Shown here piece by piece: positions 60,026-64,000 of a stretch of DNA of 64,000 nt (position 1 is the first letter of the stretch; every line of letters starts with the position of its first letter). A program made the translations under genes and the position numbers. This DNA comes from Candidatus Latescibacterota bacterium (GTDB lineage Bacteria > Latescibacterota > UBA2968 > UBA8231): the NCBI GenBank assembly GCA_965197905.1, contig CBDAOB010000005.1:2432001-2496000 (forward strand), read 5' to 3'. The notes beneath the pieces are model-generated. The model was given only the letters and a program-made list of their open reading frames with translations, ran no database searches and was not told the origin of the DNA.

Positions 60026-61366
60026 TCAAGCGACTTCCGCCTCGCCGCGCGGCTGGAGAAGACCCAGCAATTGCTGCACGTGCTGACCCATGTTCGATCC
60101 CGCATCAAGCCCCTGTCGCAAGAAATCGTTGATCGGATCTATAAACTCGAGCGCTCTGTCGATTTGCGGATTGCTGCCCCGCGCGTAAGCCCCGATGCTT
60201 ACGAGATCCTCCGCTTCCTGATACGCCGCCACGATCGACTTCACCTCCACTGCCTGCTCTATGTGCTCGGCGCTGGCCACGTCCCTCATGGCGCGGCTGA
60301 TACTCTCGCCGATGTCCACCGGCGGGTAGTGTCCTCTTGACGCCAGGCGTCGCGACAGCACAATGTGGCCGTCCAGCAGGGCGCGACTGGAATCGGCAAT
60401 CGGATCGTCGAGATCGTCTCCTTCGACGAGCACCGTGTAAAGCCCAGTGATGCTCCCCGTCTGGGTTGTACCGACTCGCTCCAGCAATTTCGGCAACATG
60501 GCGAAGACCGAGGGTGTATATCCCTTGGTAGTAGGAGGCTCTCCTGCCGCCAACCCGATCTCTCGCTGAGCCATCGCCATGCGTGTCAGTGAATCCATCA
60601 TCAACATTACGTCATTGCCGTCATCGCGGAAGTATTCGGCGATCGTCGTCGCCACCAGCGCCGCTTTTAGCCGGATCAGCGCCGGCTGATCCGAGGTGGC
60701 TACTACAACTACGGAGCGATTTAGGCCGTCTTCTCCGAGGCTGTCCTCGATAAATTCGATGACCTCCTTGCCGCGTTCCCCGACCAGGGCGATCACGTTG
60801 ACATCGGCTTCCGAATTACGGGCGATCATTCCCAGCAGGGTGCTCTTCCCGACACCGCTACCGGCGAAAATCCCCATACGTTGTCCCTTGCCCAGAGTCA
60901 TGAGACCGTCGATGGATCGGACTCCCGTGCCCAACGGTTCGCTCAAACGGCGGCGGCTCAACGGATCCGGTGATGGATTGTGCGCATTCCGGCGTTCCCT
61001 TGCATGTATCTGCCCTCGACCGTCCAGTGGGTTGCCCAGACCGTTGAGAATGCGCCCCCTCAACTCTCTGCCAACCGCGATCTGCAGTGGCGACCGCGTC
61101 GGAAACACAGCCGTTCCCGGCCGTATGCCTTCGATTTCTCCCAGCGGGGTCAAGAGGACGCGACTGCCATTGAACCCGACGACCTCCGCGCGGATGCCGC
61201 CTCGTGCCGGATCCCCCAAATAACAGAGCTCTCCGAGAGCCACATCTTCCGGGCCGACAGCCTCAACGATCAAGCCGACGATCTGCCTCACCTTGCCGTA
61301 GCGCGTGCGCGGATCGACCGTCTCTATGGTCTGCAGCAGCTCACTCGTGTTCATCCTCTTCGGCAT
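60026..61366 (-). CDS. fliI: Export ATPase FliI
   Basis: GIFAGSGVGKS, GERGKEV, MDSLTR, GEPP..KGY.PS, LDGHIVL. Confidence 0.96.
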   Translation of the reverse strand: MPKRMNTSELLQTIETVDPRTRYGKVRQIVGLIVEAVGPEDVALGELCYLGDPARGGIRAEVVGFNGSRVLLTPLGEIEGIRPGTAVFPTRSPLQIAVGRELRGRILNGLGNPLDGRGQIHARERRNAHNPSPDPLSRRRLSEPLGTGVRSIDGLMTLGKGQRMGIFAGSGVGKSTLLGMIARNSEADVNVIALVGERGKEVIEFIEDSLGEDGLNRSVVVVATSDQPALIRLKAALVATTIAEYFRDDGNDVMLMMDSLTRMAMAQREIGLAAGEPPTTKGYTPSVFAMLPKLLERVGTTQTGSITGLYTVLVEGDDLDDPIADSSRALLDGHIVLSRRLASRGHYPPVDIGESISRAMRDVASAEHIEQAVEVKSIVAAYQEAEDLVSIGAYARGSNPQIDRALEFIDPINDFLRQGLDAGSNMGQHVQQLLGLLQPRGEAEVA

Positions 61367-62126
61367 CCTCTTTAGCTAGGGCGCCCTGTACGGCAGCCCT
61401 CAATACCTCGACCTGGCTTTCCAGCCGAGCGTCCAAGTTCTCTTCGTCGCCTTCGATCATGCACCCGCCGCGGGACACATGCTCGCTCGCCTGCACCTTG
61501 AAAACCGCGGTCGCCTCCACCTTCTCGACCCACCGCTGCGAAAACCTGCGCGCCAGCTGAAGGTCTTGTGGATGGACCTTGATCAACAGGTTGCTGTGAT
61601 CGCCCAGGTGGCCAAGTGCGTCTTTGATCACCGTTACGAGTACCCGGCGATCCACCTCCGCCTGGAGCCCCGTAATGCGATGAGCGAGAGCGCAGGTCAG
61701 TTCCAGCACTGCACCCTCCGAATCCGCAATCACCTGGGCCCGCTCGGCTTCCAGCGAGCGATGTAGAGCGTCCAGGCGTTCGATCGCTTCCCTAGCTTCG
61801 TCTTCCTTTGAGGTTACACCTTCCTGGTAACCTTCGTCGTACCGCTGCTGTCGGACTTCCTCCAGTTGTTGACGCCAGCGTTCTTCCGTCTCCTCTAATT
61901 CCTTTTTGGCTCCCTCCTTCAGGCTCTCCGTCTCTTGCCGGAGACGGTCTTCCCATTCCTTGGCAACTTCCTTGCGCGCCTTTTCCACCCGCTCGTCTAT
62001 CAGGGCAAAGAGGTTGATTCCGCGATCACCAGCCTCGTCCTCTTCCTCCCCGAACAGCTCGAATTCCCCAAAGTCAAGCGTTACGGCGGTCTCTGACAAG
62101 CGCCCGCTTCGAATAATCTTTGACAC
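61341..62126 (-). CDS. fliH: FliH
   Basis: MSKIIR, GYQEG, VHPQD, GGC.IE...DA. Confidence 0.88.
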   Translation of the reverse strand: MSKIIRSGRLSETAVTLDFGEFELFGEEEDEAGDRGINLFALIDERVEKARKEVAKEWEDRLRQETESLKEGAKKELEETEERWRQQLEEVRQQRYDEGYQEGVTSKEDEAREAIERLDALHRSLEAERAQVIADSEGAVLELTCALAHRITGLQAEVDRRVLVTVIKDALGHLGDHSNLLIKVHPQDLQLARRFSQRWVEKVEATAVFKVQASEHVSRGGCMIEGDEENLDARLESQVEVLRAAVQGALAKEDAEEDEHE

Positions 62127-62198
62127 GTCCTTGTTTCCCCGCTTTGAGTGAAGTGCGTTGCCGTCAAGTATACCAAATTGCAGACGGGCGACGCACCA

Positions 62199-63723
62199 CT
62201 AACCTCCGCCTTCCTCCATGAGCATTGTGCGGACCAGCTTCGCCGCGTCTTCCGGACGCTCCCGTACCATTCCCTGGATGCGGCTCAACAGCAACTCGTG
62301 CGGCGTCTCGGGTCGTTCGAACTCTTCCTCTTCGACGTCGTCATCGACGACACCCATCATCTCCACCTCTTCCTCGACTCCGACGCCGCGACCGATGGCC
62401 TGGATGATGAAACGCAGGGTGATGAGCGCCGCAATGATACCAAGAATCTTTGCCACGTTTATGGCGATGTCGGTCCAGAAATCGGCGGTCTGTTCCTGTT
62501 CGGCCTCTTCCTTGGCTCTGATTTCCTGGGTTTTGTCGAATTCCATCGCGAAGACCGTCATCTTGTCGCCCCGGCCCTCGTCATATCCGATCGCTTCCTT
62601 GGCCAGCGCCGCCAGCTGGTCGATCTCCTCCAGCTTCCTCGCTTCCTCAACGTAGTCCCGGGTCTCAGGATCGAGCACTACTTTTGTCTTGTCGACGGTC
62701 AGTGCCATTGAAATCCGATCGATGCTGCCGACGGAGCCGATTACGTTTTGTAGCGTGCGGTTGACTTCGTAGTTCCGTACGGCCTGCTCTTCCGAACCCT
62801 GTTCCGCGGAGCTCTTTTCGTTGGTTTCCTCACTGATGATCACCTGTTGCGTGCCCGGCTCCACCAGGGTGCGTTGGGTATTCTTCTGGCTGAAATCGAG
62901 GACGACATTGATGCGCACCCGGGACCGATCCTTGCCGATCACCTGGTCCATCAAGGTCTGGACCTTCTTTTCGAGGGCCCGTTCCACCTGTTGCTTGAGT
63001 TGAAACTGCTTGTTGGCGACTTGTGCCAGCGGGTCGCGCTCGTCGGAGAGGAGATTGCCCTCGTTGTCGACGATGACCACGTTCTCGAAATCGAGTCCTT
63101 CGACGCTTGCGCTTATGAGGTAGGCAATGGCATTGACCTGTTTGGTCTTGAGTCGCGTTTCGCCCTGAAGGGTGAGCGCCACCGATGCGGTGACCGGATT
63201 CTGCTCTTCCACGAACAGACTGGGCTCGGGGATTACCAGATGTACGCGAACGTCGCCGACCCCCTCGATCTCGTTGAGCGTCGACTCCAGCTCCTGCTGC
63301 AAGGCCCTTTGGAAATTGACCTTTTGCAGAAAATCGGTCATGGCCAGCTGGGCTTCGTCGAAAATCTCGAACCCCATGCGACCCGTTCTGGGGAATCCTT
63401 CCCCTGCCAGCTGAAGACGCAGATCGCGGACCTCGTCGTCCGGCACCAGAATGGCGCTGGCATCGGTTGTCAGCTTGTGGCGAATGCCGAGCTCGGCCAG
63501 ACGGTTGCTGATCTGGGCGGCTTCCTTGAATTCCAGATTGGCGTACAGAATGGCGCCGTCCCAGTCATCGTCTGCCCCGCCAAAGGAGAGAAATCCAACG
63601 ACGACGCCGACTATTAGAACTGCCACGCCACCCATGACACCGTAACGCTGTACCTGGCTGGCTTCGCCCCACATCGCGCGGGGTCCGCTCGGCTACATTT
63701 GTAATACCTTCAGGAAGATTCAT
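62199..63723 (-). pseudogene. fliF: MS-ring protein FliF, probable +1 frameshift near the start (63680-63683)
   Basis: GFEIFD, RALQQEL, RVHLVIP, ASV; the SD-preceded ATG 63723 is 1 nt out of frame with ORF 62199-63674. Confidence 0.8.
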
Positions 63724-63743
63724 CTAGTCCTTTTGAACCCTTG

Positions 63744-64000
63744 TTAAACCTGCATCCTGATGAGTTCCTGGTATCCCTCAAGAACTCGATTGCGAATCTC
63801 CAACATTAAATCCAGAGCCACTCCTGCTTCTTCCACCGCTACCATCACCTGGTGAACGTCGGCCGCCTCACCGGTGACGAGCATGTCAATGGCGTGCCCT
63901 GCCTGAAACTGCATGTTGTTCACATCCGCGGCGAAATCTTTTACGAGGTCGCCGAAACTCGGTTTTTCGGATCGGGCGGCGTCGGTATCTGCAACCTTAT
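63744..64000 (-). CDS. fliE: FliE (partial, runs off the window)
   Basis: Manual translation: DVHQVMVA.EEA..AL..MLEIRNRV..GYQELIRMQV*. Confidence 0.92.
   Translation of the reverse strand, partial: KVADTDAARSEKPSFGDLVKDFAADVNNMQFQAGHAIDMLVTGEAADVHQVMVAVEEAGVALDLMLEIRNRVLEGYQELIRMQV

Noticed and set aside
1..64000. CRISPR array, rRNA, tRNA, prophage or IS transposase
   Set aside because: No regularly spaced repeats or recognisable signatures seen on manual reading.

Overview
GC-rich (roughly 60%, estimated by eye) chromosomal window from a diderm bacterium. The gene mix (Minf_1886, DUF6785/DUF6784-like, TPR+LolB-like, DprE1/E2) suggests an uncultured FCB/PVC-type lineage such as Latescibacterota, but this is inference only. 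1-21 kb holds housekeeping and envelope genes (rlmN, M23 peptidase, larC, a split dppABC, dprE1/E2-like pair, recD2). 21.9-23.1 kb is an intact flagellin gene with a sigma28 promoter. 23-34 kb is an uncharacterised minus-strand membrane operon: NusG-II, Gx transporter, two OPT-like transporters, a 1588-aa M28-like/FtsX fusion with two RecA-C-terminal-like repeats, a hypothetical protein and a PqqD/RRE protein. rel and hisC follow. 38.5-64 kb is a large flagellar cluster (fliE to fliA plus an HDOD/kinase tail). Three highlights: (1) a 749-nt ORF-less group II intron in the hook gene flgE, whose exact removal restores the frame and whose EBS1 loop perfectly matches the exon end; (2) about nine lesions and no fliG in the flagellar cluster, which suggests motility is decaying, although some may be sequencing indels; (3) the OPT/M28-FtsX/PqqD operon as a candidate undescribed system.
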